This document shows positions 1 to 8,333 of a stretch of 14,190 nucleotides of DNA, in pieces. Each line of letters starts with the position of its first letter. Positions within the stretch are counted from its first letter, which is position 1. The position numbers and the translations under genes were made by a program. The DNA comes from a virus (lineage: Duplodnaviria; Heunggongvirae; Uroviricota; Caudoviricetes). The DNA lies in the IMG/VR virus record IMGVR_UViG_2534681697_000026. One strand, written 5' to 3'. A model generated the notes under the pieces. The model searched no databases. It was not told where the DNA came from and saw only the letters and a program-made list of their open reading frames with translations.

Positions 1-723
1 GCTGTCACGGAAACCGGAAGTGACTGGTACGGCTGGGACGGCGACCGCCTGACCACGATACAGAACGACAGAACCCGCATCCAGACGATTTATCAGCCGG
101 GGAGCTTCACGCCACTCATCAGAGTTGAAACCGCCACCGGTGAGCAGGCGAAAATGCAGCGCCGCAGCCTGGCGGATGCCCTTCAGCAGTCCGGCGGCGA
201 AGACGGTGGTGATGTGGTGTTCCCGCCGGTGCTGGTGCAGATGCTCGACCGGCTGGAAAGTGAAATCCTGGCTGACCGGGTGAGTGAGGAAAGCCGCCGC
301 TGGCTGGCATCGTGCGGCCTGACGGTGGAGCAGATGCAAAACCAGATGGACCCGGTGTACACGCCGGCGCGAAAAATCCACCTGTACCACTGCGACCATC
401 GCGGCCTGCCGCTGGTGCTTATCAGCACGGAAGGGGCAACAGAATGGTGCGCAGAATACGATGAGTGGGGCAACCTGCTGAATGAAGAGAACCCGCATCA
501 GCTGCAGCAGCTTATCCGCCTGCCGGGTCAGCAGTATGATGAGGAGTCCGGCCTGTATTACAACCGCCACCGCTATTATGACCCGCTGCAGGGGCGGTAT
601 ATCACTCAGGATCCGATTGGACTGAAGGGGGGATGGAATTTTTATCAGTATCCGTTGAATCCGGTTCAGTATATAGATTCAATGGGGCTGGCATCTAAAT
701 ATGGACACTTAAATAATGGCTAG
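1..723 (+). CDS. Rhs-family protein, C-terminal part of the core (5' partial at window edge; C-terminal toxin region truncated by IS2)
   Basis: Frame 1 is open from nt 1 ([17 protein letters not shown]...) and runs into the track ORF 154-723. Contains the Rhs core end signature [39 protein letters not shown]. Only 10 codons ([10 protein letters not shown]) follow before a TAG stop supplied by the first 3 nt of IS2. GC-rich compared with the rest of the window. Confidence 0.8.
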   Translation, partial: AVTETGSDWYGWDGDRLTTIQNDRTRIQTIYQPGSFTPLIRVETATGEQAKMQRRSLADALQQSGGEDGGDVVFPPVLVQMLDRLESEILADRVSEESRRWLASCGLTVEQMQNQMDPVYTPARKIHLYHCDHRGLPLVLISTEGATEWCAEYDEWGNLLNEENPHQLQQLIRLPGQQYDEESGLYYNRHRYYDPLQGRYITQDPIGLKGGWNFYQYPLNPVQYIDSMGLASKYGHLNNG

Positions 724-811
724 ACTGGCCCCCTGAATCTCCAGACAACCAGTATCACTTAAATAAGTGATAGTCTTAATACTAGTTTTTAGACTAGTCA
801 TTGGAGTACAG

Positions 812-1177
812 ATGATTGATGTCTTAGGGCCGGAGAAACGCAGACGGCGTACCACACAGGAAAAGATCGCAATTGTTCAGCAGAGCTTTGAACCGGGGAT
901 GACGGTCTCCCTCGTTGCCCGGCAACATGGTGTAGCAGCCAGCCAGTTATTTCTCTGGCGTAAGCAATACCAGGAAGGAAGTCTTACTGCTGTGGCCGCC
1001 GGAGAACAGGTTGTTCCTGCCTCTGAACTTGCTGCCGCCATGAAGCAGATTAAAGAACTCCAGCGCCTGCTCGGCAAGAAAACGATGGAAAATGAACTCC
1101 TCAAAGAAGCCGTTGAATATGGACGGGCAAAAAAGTGGATAGCGCACGCGCCCTTATTGCCCGGGGATGGGGAGTAA
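812..1177 (+). CDS. insC: IS2 transposase OrfA (InsC), helix-turn-helix DNA-binding subunit
   Basis: Translation [41 protein letters not shown]... (121 aa); GGAG Shine-Dalgarno 7 nt upstream of ATG 812. The track ORF start at 767 is an upstream in-frame extension without an RBS. Confidence 0.85.
1129..1135 (+). other. A_AAA_AAG slippery heptamer for programmed -1 ribosomal frameshift (IS2 insC to insD)
   Basis: In the insC frame the codons read gcA AAA AAG tgg (GRAKKW); insD is in the -1 frame and begins at the same position. Classic IS3-family frameshift window. Confidence 0.6.
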
Positions 1178-2040
1178 GCTTAGTCAGCCGTTGTCTCCGG
1201 GTGTCGCGTGCGCAGTTGCACGTCATTCTCAGACGAACCGATGACTGGATGGATGGCCGCCGCAGTCGTCACACTGATGATACGGATGTGCTTCTCCGTA
1301 TACACCATGTTATCGGAGAGCTGCCCACGTATGGTTATCGTCGGGTATGGGCGCTGCTTCGCAGACAGGCAGAACTTGATGGTATGCCTGCGATCAATGC
1401 CAAACGTGTTTACCGGATCATGCGCCAGAATGCGCTGTTGCTTGAGCGAAAACCTGCTGTACCGCCATCGAAACGGGCACATACAGGCAGAGTGGCCGTG
1501 AAAGAAAGCAATCAGCGATGGTGCTCTGACGGGTTCGAGTTCTGCTGTGATAACGGAGAGAGACTGCGTGTCACGTTCGCGCTGGACTGCTGTGATCGTG
1601 AGGCACTGCACTGGGCGGTGACTACCGGCGGCTTCAACAGTGAAACAGTACAGGACGTCATGCTGGGAGCGGTGGAACGCCGCTTCGGCAACGATCTTCC
1701 GTCGTCTCCAGTGGAGTGGCTGACGGATAATGGTTCATGCTACCGGGCTAATGAAACACGCCAGTTCGCCCGGATGTTGGGACTTGAACCGAAGAACACG
1801 GCGGTGCGGAGTCCGGAGAGTAACGGAATAGCAGAGAGCTTCGTGAAAACGATAAAGCGTGACTACATCAGTATCATGCCCAAACCAGACGGGTTAACGG
1901 CAGCAAAGAACCTTGCAGAGGCGTTCGAGCATTATAACGAATGGCATCCGCATAGTGCGCTGGGTTATCGCTCGCCACGGGAATATCTGCGGCAGCGGGC
2001 TTGTAATGGGTTAAGTGATAACAGATGTCTGGAAATATAG
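1135..2040 (+). CDS. insD: IS2 transposase OrfB (InsD), DDE catalytic domain; normally made as an OrfAB fusion by -1 frameshifting
   Basis: 301-aa ORF in the -1 frame relative to insC, overlapping its 3' end; rve/DDE integrase-like sequence (…WCSDGFEF…DNGSCY…[11 protein letters not shown]…). Confidence 0.85.
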
Positions 2041-2127
2041 GGGCAAATCCACATACCGAAATGGTACTATTGAGTATTTATCCAGTAGGTTACGATGCCA
2101 TTCCACCCAACTGGTGAGGCATCAAGG

Positions 2128-2394
2128 ATGTACAGCAAATACGACGAGGCGCAGTTTCACTTGATACTTCCGCATGAACTCCACGCGAAAATTAAACAGC
2201 GTGCGAAGATGAATAACAGATCGCTGAACTCAGAGATAATTGCAGCGATTGAGGAATCATTGGATAAACAAAGCTCTGCATCAGTTTACATTGACGATGC
2301 AGAGCGTATGGCAGAACAACAATCTGATATGGTTAAGAAAATGGTTTTTGAAACGCTTAAGACCATGTATAGCAATAATAAAAAGGAAACATAG
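2128..2394 (+). CDS. mnt: Mnt-like ribbon-helix-helix (Arc/MetJ superfamily) repressor
   Basis: N-terminal RHH motif QFHLILPHELHAKIKQRAKMNNRSLNSEIIAAIEESL; C-terminal DDAERMAEQQSDMVKKMVFETLKTMY resembles the P22 Mnt tetramerisation region (…NDAERLADEQSELVKKMVFDTLKDLY…, from memory). Start chosen at ATG 2128 (GAGG 9 nt upstream) rather than the track start 2095, which has no RBS. Opposite strand to the late genes, as for P22 mnt. Confidence 0.65.
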   Translation: MYSKYDEAQFHLILPHELHAKIKQRAKMNNRSLNSEIIAAIEESLDKQSSASVYIDDAERMAEQQSDMVKKMVFETLKTMYSNNKKET

Positions 2395-2464
2395 AAATCT
2401 AGTTTCCGGCTAAAATGGCATTGCCTTCATGATATCCTGTGAAAAACTAAGGAGAGTTAACCAT

Positions 2465-2689
2465 ATGAAAAAATCACTGTTAATTATCCCGCTTCTGCTG
2501 GTTGGATGCGCAAAAGTAAGTGACTATCAAGCAAGTTGCGAACAACGCTATCAAAAGCTTAGCGATATGGCTAATTGCCTTGATGCCAGTGTGAAGAACG
2601 ACTCACGCATGGCATCAGCACCAACACCTAAGCTGTATGTCCTTGCTGCAAAGATGCTCGGGCAAGGTGTCGATGAAGGCAAGACTTGA
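2465..2689 (+). CDS. small secreted lipoprotein (74 aa precursor)
   Basis: AAGGAG Shine-Dalgarno 9 nt upstream of ATG 2465; signal peptide plus lipobox MKKSLLIIPLLLVG|C; mature part about 55 aa with two further Cys. Track ORF 2429-2689 starts 12 codons earlier without an RBS. Confidence 0.55.
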   Translation: MKKSLLIIPLLLVGCAKVSDYQASCEQRYQKLSDMANCLDASVKNDSRMASAPTPKLYVLAAKMLGQGVDEGKT

Positions 2690-2930
2690 GCTTCAGAATC
2701 TTTATGTTCAATTACAAAGCCAAGAACAAGCCCAACAAATAGCACAAAGCCAAGCATTCCAGCAGGCTTTATTGAATTACCAGGCTGTAAACACAATGCA
2801 AGCGATCGAGCAAAAAGCGCGCCAGCCTGTTATAACTCAACCTTACCCAACACGCGTTGACACATATACAAACTGCAATTCAGGATTTGGAAACACGGTA
2901 ACATGCAACAGTAGCAGTAATATCAGGTAG
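2673..2930 (+). CDS. Gln-rich hypothetical protein (85 aa) with predicted coiled-coil-like N-terminus and Cys/Asn/Thr-rich C-terminus
   Basis: ORF overlapping the lipoprotein 3' end in another frame; AAGG 5 nt upstream of ATG 2673; strongly biased composition (QLQSQEQAQQIAQSQAFQQALLNYQ). Could instead be the continuation of the lipoprotein gene after a frameshift. Confidence 0.4.
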   Translation: MKARLELQNLYVQLQSQEQAQQIAQSQAFQQALLNYQAVNTMQAIEQKARQPVITQPYPTRVDTYTNCNSGFGNTVTCNSSSNIR

Positions 2931-2944
2931 TTATATCTTATCTT

Positions 2945-4792
2945 TTATTGCTGTTCTGCTGTAATTTGGCTTGAAAGTATAGGGCGTATCGCATTTGCAG
3001 CATTATTTAGCGCTCTTTCATAAGCTGGCGTTCCAGTTTTAGTGTTTGCCAGACGTAAGAGAGCATTCCTTGCTGCTTTGGACTCATACAAGCGCATCAT
3101 TGCACCAAAACCAGCCTCAAGCCCCATTGATACGCCAAGGGTCGCAGTTGCGCCAATCGTCCTTATCCTGTTGGCTTGCGATTGCCCCGTCTGAGTTACT
3201 ACATTTGCGGTGTCTGACCTTGCTGTTTGCTGTAGAACTTCATGAAGAGCATCAAGCTCTTTCATGTGCTTTCCAGAAAAAATAGTGTTGTAAATTTCAC
3301 CGCCTGACTGAGATTTCAGCTTATTAACTTCAGTGATGAACTTGGCTGGAGAGTCCCCGGCCTTTTCCGCTATTTTGCTGACGTAAGCTGCACGCATAGC
3401 ATCTTTCCCCTTATCATCCAGTGCGCTCCAGATTCGTTTCACGTCAGATGGTTTTCTGCTTAATACAACGGTATTTATAAGTTCAGGACTGGCTTCACTG
3501 CTTGCCTTGTTGAGCTTGTTAGCAATGTTTTTATTAAGCACCTTATTATAAACGTTTGCATAATCGGAATTTGCTTTAAGGTATTTTGCTGCGTCTGATG
3601 CACCGAGGTTTTTAGCAACTGCGTTACGAAGGTCTTTTGACATTGCATTCTCTACCATATTGGTAGCTGCTTTTGCCTGGTTGGGGAAGACCATAGCATC
3701 TCCCTGAACATTAGATCTAAATGCTGTTCTGTGCTGACGCAAGAGATCAAACGTAACATCCAAATCAGTTGCAGGGTTTGCTAATTCTTCACGTAGGTTA
3801 CGCAAGGATGTAAGCAGGCTTTGATTGGCAGACGTCCCAAGCCGTTCCTGTCTTGCGATCGCTGTATTCAGAGCATTCATGGTATTTGTGGTATCAACTG
3901 CGGCATTACCCATTTTATTGGTGACGTCATTGATAACAGCGCCAGCGGCATCCTTCCGCCCCCTTAACGTGGTGGTCAGAGATTTCACCACATCATCAGG
4001 GTTGTACTCACCAAAACGGTCAAAATAATTACTTACCAGCTTACTACGCGTTGCATATTGCTCCGCTCGCTTTGAGCCTGTCCCGAGCAAAGCCCCCTCG
4101 GCATCCTGAGTAAGGCCGCGAGTGAAAGCATTTTTCGGCGGGATAACATCAGATGTCATTGGTGTCACGCCCATCGATTCTGATGTGGCAATTTTCTTCG
4201 CCACTTCTGGCGCAATATCACCTTTTATAGCCGTTATTCCACGCCCTATTCCCTTTGCTGCTGCGGAAAGAACACCCTGAGCGGCAAGGTTAACTCCGGC
4301 ATTTTTAGCTGCATTTTGTGCGAAATCGCCTTTCTGATTTGCGGCCTCTGCCAGTGATCCAATAGCCATGCTTCCTGCCGTTCCAACTCCTGGAACTAAA
4401 TACCCACCAATTGTTTCACCGGCTTGCGCGTAGGTGTCTGTCGGTCTGTCTACTGGACGATAAACATCATCCAAAACCTTGGGTCCACCAAGCCCCTGAC
4501 TGATTGCATTAATCAGACTTGCGCCGCCCTGCAATACGTCAAATGGTATGTTTACCAGACCACGACCAGCCTGCTCTGCAATTTGCCCTGCACTTTGCCC
4601 GCCTGTGAGCCAATCGCCAGCTTGTTGCATCAATGATGGTTCTTCACGTGCTGGTTCATTATTGGCCTGATTAACTGTTTGTTGCTGAACAGCCTGACCA
4701 GCAAAATACTCATCAATGGCGGTGCCAATATCTTCCATGCTCGTACCATCAGGGAAGGTAAATGTCTTACCGTTTGCAGTTACTTTCATCAT
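2945..4792 (-). CDS. P22 gp16-like ejection (E) protein, 615 aa
   Basis: Last gene of the virion operon, length close to P22 gp16 (609 aa), Ala/Gly/Asn-rich low-complexity composition typical of ejection proteins; start overlaps the stop of the upstream gene by 4 nt (ATGA coupling). Confidence 0.75.
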   Translation of the reverse strand: MMKVTANGKTFTFPDGTSMEDIGTAIDEYFAGQAVQQQTVNQANNEPAREEPSLMQQAGDWLTGGQSAGQIAEQAGRGLVNIPFDVLQGGASLINAISQGLGGPKVLDDVYRPVDRPTDTYAQAGETIGGYLVPGVGTAGSMAIGSLAEAANQKGDFAQNAAKNAGVNLAAQGVLSAAAKGIGRGITAIKGDIAPEVAKKIATSESMGVTPMTSDVIPPKNAFTRGLTQDAEGALLGTGSKRAEQYATRSKLVSNYFDRFGEYNPDDVVKSLTTTLRGRKDAAGAVINDVTNKMGNAAVDTTNTMNALNTAIARQERLGTSANQSLLTSLRNLREELANPATDLDVTFDLLRQHRTAFRSNVQGDAMVFPNQAKAATNMVENAMSKDLRNAVAKNLGASDAAKYLKANSDYANVYNKVLNKNIANKLNKASSEASPELINTVVLSRKPSDVKRIWSALDDKGKDAMRAAYVSKIAEKAGDSPAKFITEVNKLKSQSGGEIYNTIFSGKHMKELDALHEVLQQTARSDTANVVTQTGQSQANRIRTIGATATLGVSMGLEAGFGAMMRLYESKAARNALLRLANTKTGTPAYERALNNAANAIRPILSSQITAEQQ

Positions 4793-6255
4793 TCCACCGT
4801 AAATTGAATGCCTGATTTTGAGGTATATGATCCGGATTGACTCTGCTGCTGTTGGGTATTTGCCGGTTGTTGGCTATTGCTCTGTTGTTGACTATTTGCA
4901 GCACTTGAAACCACCAAAGCATCATAAACGCGACCAGACTGACCACGTAATGAGTTATATTGGCCCTGCATTTTTCGCATTTTTGTTTCAGTAGCAGCCT
5001 TGGAATCACCGGGCTGAGGCAGGTACATTTTGGAATACTCCTGCATCTCTGGCAGAGTAATTGCTGCACCTGTTTCTGGGCGCAAAATTGCATACAAGGC
5101 GTCTCTCGCATTTACCATATATTGCTGCTCCGCTGGTGATAGGCTTAAATTTGCAATAGTCCCATCACCAAGAGAGCGATTTATTAATGCAACTCGCTTA
5201 GGGTCAATGCTTTTACTAAGCTGATTCATTGAGTCCATTGAATCTTTTAATCGCAAAGCAAATCCTGCCGCCTTCTTGGAACCCTCATTAGCCTTATCTA
5301 TGATGCTTTGCGCTTGTGGCAAGCTAATTGGTTTAATGCCATCACCAGATATAGGTTGGTTTAGTTTTCCGGCTTCCTCGCTGCCATCGGTGTAATACTT
5401 AGTTACCGAGCCATCAGGATTGGTTTCAACCTTAAGTAATTTCTTAGCATTGGGATTAATTCCCGCCGCTGCCGCAAATGCCGCTGCACCATCTGGATCC
5501 GCCTTTAACATTTGCGCGTACTGATTGTAATTCTGCATTGCGGCTGTTGGTGCATATGCTGACGTTAACGCATTTGCTCGGCTAATATCCTGCCCTCTCG
5601 CCTGAAGTGCTTCTCCAGCCTGATTGCTGCGGATTGTCTCTGCCAGTCTGCCTCGGTCAATCTCACGACCAGCCATCTTGTCCTGAACATTGAAGTAATC
5701 AATCGGACCAAGAGCAGCCATTCCAAGGTGATCAACAAACTCACCAAATCCTGAAGGGTTCTGCTGATACATCTGAGCAACGCTGTTAGGGTCAACACCG
5801 ACGCGAGTCAGTTCCTTGGCGTTGTTTTGCAGCCATGATTGCATTGCTTCTGGAGACGATGACGCAAGGCGTGCGCCAGCCGCTAAGGTGCCGATAGAAT
5901 TACGCTGATCTTCATCAATGAATCCCATGCCTTTACGAACGGATTCAATCTGGTCTGGATATTGAGTAGCCAACTGACGCAAAGCACCGCGATCACCAGA
6001 CGCATAAGCATTAGCGTATGCCTGCTGAAATTCTTTCTGCCGCTGAGCCTGCTTTTCCTGCTGAAACCCCCCCGCAATACCTGAAAGGCCTTGCAAAGCA
6101 GTCAGCCCAACATTGTTAGCGCCTGAACGCTCAATATCATTGTTCTGCCTGATAAGCTGAAGCGTATTGCCGATGTCATTTACGCTCGGAGCGTTTGAGT
6201 TGACGCCGCCGATACCAGCCAACAATCCGCCATTTGATCCTTGCCAAGTAGCCAT
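4789..6255 (-). CDS. P22 gp20-like ejection (E) protein, 488 aa
   Basis: Position between gp7 and gp16 homologs, size close to P22 gp20 (471 aa); AAGGGG RBS 8 nt upstream; Gln/Ala-rich. Confidence 0.75.
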   Translation of the reverse strand: MATWQGSNGGLLAGIGGVNSNAPSVNDIGNTLQLIRQNNDIERSGANNVGLTALQGLSGIAGGFQQEKQAQRQKEFQQAYANAYASGDRGALRQLATQYPDQIESVRKGMGFIDEDQRNSIGTLAAGARLASSSPEAMQSWLQNNAKELTRVGVDPNSVAQMYQQNPSGFGEFVDHLGMAALGPIDYFNVQDKMAGREIDRGRLAETIRSNQAGEALQARGQDISRANALTSAYAPTAAMQNYNQYAQMLKADPDGAAAFAAAAGINPNAKKLLKVETNPDGSVTKYYTDGSEEAGKLNQPISGDGIKPISLPQAQSIIDKANEGSKKAAGFALRLKDSMDSMNQLSKSIDPKRVALINRSLGDGTIANLSLSPAEQQYMVNARDALYAILRPETGAAITLPEMQEYSKMYLPQPGDSKAATETKMRKMQGQYNSLRGQSGRVYDALVVSSAANSQQQSNSQQPANTQQQQSQSGSYTSKSGIQFTVE

Positions 6256-6264
6256 GATTACCCC

Positions 6265-6418
6265 TTAAAACAACGAACCAAGCAATCCGATACCAGCACC
6301 AATGCCAGCGCCCCAAGGTGTTGATGTTCCCAAAAGGCTGGCAAGACCTGCACCGGCAATCGCACCAGACGTTCCGCCACTAATTGCAGTCTGAAGACTT
6401 GATGGTTTATTGGCATTA
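6265..6418 (-). pseudogene. 3' fragment of P22 gp7-like ejection protein gene, separated from its 5' part by an IS insertion
   Basis: Reverse-strand frame reads (A)NANKPSSLQTAISGGTSGAIAGAGLASLLGTSTPWGAGIGAGIGLLGSLF-stop, in frame with the 5' fragment when the IS and one TA are removed; stop lies 9 nt upstream of the gp20 start. Confidence 0.7.
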
Positions 6419-6429
6419 GGCTGTGTCCC

Positions 6430-6945
6430 TTAATTACGTAAGCGTTGATAAAAGAGTCGGATGCAGCCCAGTTTCACCATCGCCAGGTAATTTCTCGCCG
6501 TTTTGTCGTAACGCGTGGCGATGCGGCGATATTCTTTCAGCCGCCCAAAGCACCGTTCAACGACATTACGATTGCAGTACGCATCACGATCAAGCTGTGC
6601 ACGTCCATCCGATGCCATTTTCTCATTTGACTTTCGGGGGATTACTGCCTTTATACCGTTATTTTTCAGCTCGTTGCGCAATGCGCACCCTGAATACGCT
6701 TTATCAGCCAGTACCGCATGTCCACGGCGTTTCATGCTGCCGTTCTGACGCTGAACGCCAATCCCGTCCAGAAGTCGTTGCGCGAACTGGCTTTCATGAG
6801 CTTGTCCGGGGCTTAGCACGATATTTAACGGGAGGCCACTTCCGTCTGTTGCCAGATGGATTTTGGTGCCAAAACCGCCGCGAGAGCGACCCAGCCCATT
6901 ATCTCCGTCGATATCGGGATGTTTTTTTGAGCACCGGCGGCACAT
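6430..6945 (-). CDS. IS5-family transposase OrfB (DDE catalytic part), accessed by -1 frameshift from OrfA
   Basis: Acidic/conserved motifs DIDGDNG, LADKAYSG and NVVERCFGRLKEYRRIATRYDK, consistent with a DDE transposase; overlaps orfA in the -1 frame across an A7C run (plus-strand gtttttttgag at about 6921-6931). Confidence 0.8.
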   Translation of the reverse strand: MCRRCSKKHPDIDGDNGLGRSRGGFGTKIHLATDGSGLPLNIVLSPGQAHESQFAQRLLDGIGVQRQNGSMKRRGHAVLADKAYSGCALRNELKNNGIKAVIPRKSNEKMASDGRAQLDRDAYCNRNVVERCFGRLKEYRRIATRYDKTARNYLAMVKLGCIRLFYQRLRN

Positions 6946-7274
6946 TTCAGCGCCCGGATATTACTGCCATCCAGCGCGGTGGCAGACCAGTCAATAAAGC
7001 CGTTTGCATCAAGTAGCGAAAGCAACCTGTTGAAAATAATATTAATCACGCCTGACTTTGACCATCGGTTAAAGCGGTTATAAACAGTTTTCCATGACCC
7101 ATATCGTTCGGGTAAATCGCGCCATGGTGCACCGGAACATAACACCCAGAACATGCCATTGATGATTTTACGGTGCTCAGCCCATGGGCGTCCGGCCCGT
7201 GGTGTGGCGGGTTCAGGAGGTAACAGGGGCTTGATGATGGTCCATGCCTCATCGGGAAGGTCGTAGCGAGCCAT
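6825..7274 (-). CDS. IS5-family transposase OrfA (N-terminal DNA-binding part)
   Basis: MARYDLPDEAWTIIKPLLPP… N-terminus typical of two-ORF IS5-family transposases; starts 60 nt inside the IS end. Confidence 0.8.
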   Translation of the reverse strand: MARYDLPDEAWTIIKPLLPPEPATPRAGRPWAEHRKIINGMFWVLCSGAPWRDLPERYGSWKTVYNRFNRWSKSGVINIIFNRLLSLLDANGFIDWSATALDGSNIRALKCAAGAQKNIPISTEIMGWVALAAVLAPKSIWQQTEVASR

Positions 7275-7334
7275 AGTTCAATATGTTGTGTAAACAGACA
7301 GTTACTATAGCTCAGATGATTAAGGGACACAGCC

Positions 7335-7872
7335 TAGCAGCGGCAAGAGCTGCGCTTTGCTGTGCAATGCTGCTCATGTTGTTGGCGTACGTCTGCCCGG
7401 CGTTTGCCTGACCTTGAAGTGCACCAAGCCCAACGTTTGCCAGATTGTTGTAATTGCTCATCTGGTTTGATAACCAAGACTGACCGAGAGTAGGCGCGAT
7501 CGTAGCCAGTTGATTGCTTGTGGCTGTCGAACCAAGTCCACCCGTCGCCTCCGCAGCAGCAAGACTCTGGTAACGAGCCTGACCTGCAAGGTCTTTATAC
7601 TGCTGAGAGTTGTAATACTGATTAAGTGCCTGCCCCTGACCTTCTAAACTGGAAAGGTTCTGAAGCTGGTTAACATACTGCTCCGCAAGAGGCGTGAACG
7701 GAGCAAGGTTTTTCATGATCGTCTGCCACTGCTGATTTTGCAGGTCTGCGGCATACTTCTGAGCTTCTGCTGCATACTTTGCGCTTTTATCGGAGCCACC
7801 TTTCCCGCCTTTTTCAGGGCAATAAGGTTCCTCGCCGCGCAGTTTTCTGCCCAGCTTAAATGCATATAACAT
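7335..7872 (-). pseudogene. 5' fragment of P22 gp7-like ejection protein gene, interrupted by IS copy A
   Basis: N-terminus MLYAFKLGRKLRGEEPYCPEKGGKGG… in the position expected for gp7, immediately downstream of gp14; the track ORF 7312-7872 reads through into the IS end and stops there. With the 3' fragment it reconstitutes 229 codons. Confidence 0.75.
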
Positions 7873-7874
7873 AG

Positions 7875-8333
7875 CTATCTCCCGTGATTCAGGAAGTCGA
7901 TTAGTTCTTCGCGTGTGGCGCTGTAAAACGTCACGTCATCCACGCCTTTAAAGTATTTCTTGATGGTTCCGACACGCTTAAGGCCAATCATTGCGCAGTA
8001 CATCTGCCCGTGGCGGAATTTGCGTGCAGCGAACGATGTGACACACTGAACGGTGGTGTTAGTCAGAATGTATCGCCAGAACGCCAGCCCGATTTCCTTG
8101 CTGAAGCCGCGAATCTCTGGCAGGTACATGGCGTGGCAATCGAATGTCAGCGGCTGAATCTCCTGATAGTAAACAATGCCGCCGAACTGCCCATGCACGT
8201 TAACCTCAAAGTAACGGCATTCAGGCTTGTAGTCGTATCCATCGCCGTTGTTGCTCCCGGCGATAATGTCAGGGTGATTTCCTACTGCTTCGATCAGGTC
8301 GATGTTTCGCGTTGGTTTGAACTGAATCATCAC
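7875..8333 (-). CDS. P22 gp14-like protein (assigned by position), 152 aa
   Basis: Sits between the tail needle and gp7 homologs with 4-nt ATGA overlaps on both sides, as in the P22 virion operon; I cannot confirm the sequence itself from memory. Confidence 0.55.
   Translation of the reverse strand: MMIQFKPTRNIDLIEAVGNHPDIIAGSNNGDGYDYKPECRYFEVNVHGQFGGIVYYQEIQPLTFDCHAMYLPEIRGFSKEIGLAFWRYILTNTTVQCVTSFAARKFRHGQMYCAMIGLKRVGTIKKYFKGVDDVTFYSATREELIDFLNHGR

Larger units (their letters stand above)
721..2051 (+). mobile_element. IS2 (IS3 family), complete 1331-bp copy
   Basis: Left end TAGACTGGCCCCCTGAATCTCCAGACAACC and right end ...GGAAATATAGGGGCAAATCCA match the IS2 termini as I remember them; length is exactly 1331 bp; encodes InsC and InsD in the typical overlapping arrangement. 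Flanking 5-mers (ATGGC left, CATAC right) do not match. Confidence 0.9.
6419..7334 (-). mobile_element. IS5-family (IS427-group-like) insertion sequence, copy A, 916 bp, flanked by TA
   Basis: 16-bp perfect terminal inverted repeats GGCTGTGTCCCTTAAT; two overlapping transposase ORFs; TA on both flanks (6417-6418 and 7335-7336); second copy at 12307-13222. Confidence 0.85.

Noticed and set aside
767-1177. Longer InsC starting at ATG 767
   Set aside because: The canonical InsC start MIDVLGPEK at 812 has a GGAG RBS; the upstream extension is hydrophobic junk without an RBS.
1180-1611. 143-aa minus-strand ORF (and 1208-1501 plus-strand ORF) inside IS2
   Set aside because: They overlap insD in other frames or on the other strand; IS2 is well known to encode only InsC/InsD.
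2095-2127. Mnt start at the first in-frame ATG (2095)
   Set aside because: No Shine-Dalgarno sequence upstream and the extra 11 residues (MPFHPTGEASR) precede the conserved RHH beta-strand; ATG 2128 has GAGG at proper spacing.
2673-2930. Lipoprotein plus Gln-rich ORF as an o-spanin/i-spanin (Rz1/Rz) lysis pair
   Set aside because: Spanin pairs have the lipoprotein embedded in or following a gene whose product has an N-terminal transmembrane helix; here the order is reversed, the second ORF has no TM segment, and the genes are outside any lysis cassette.
6423-7016. 197-aa plus-strand ORF inside IS copy A (and its mirror 12625-13218 in copy B), plus the shorter 6445-6630, 6515-6748, 12893-13126 and 13011-13196 ORFs
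   Set aside because: They lie antisense to the transposase ORFs, have no RBS and no recognisable motif, and occur in both copies simply because the IS is duplicated.
7046-7330. 94-aa minus-strand ORF spanning the IS copy A end
   Set aside because: Lies in an alternative frame over the orfA 5' region and IS terminus; artefact of the open frame.
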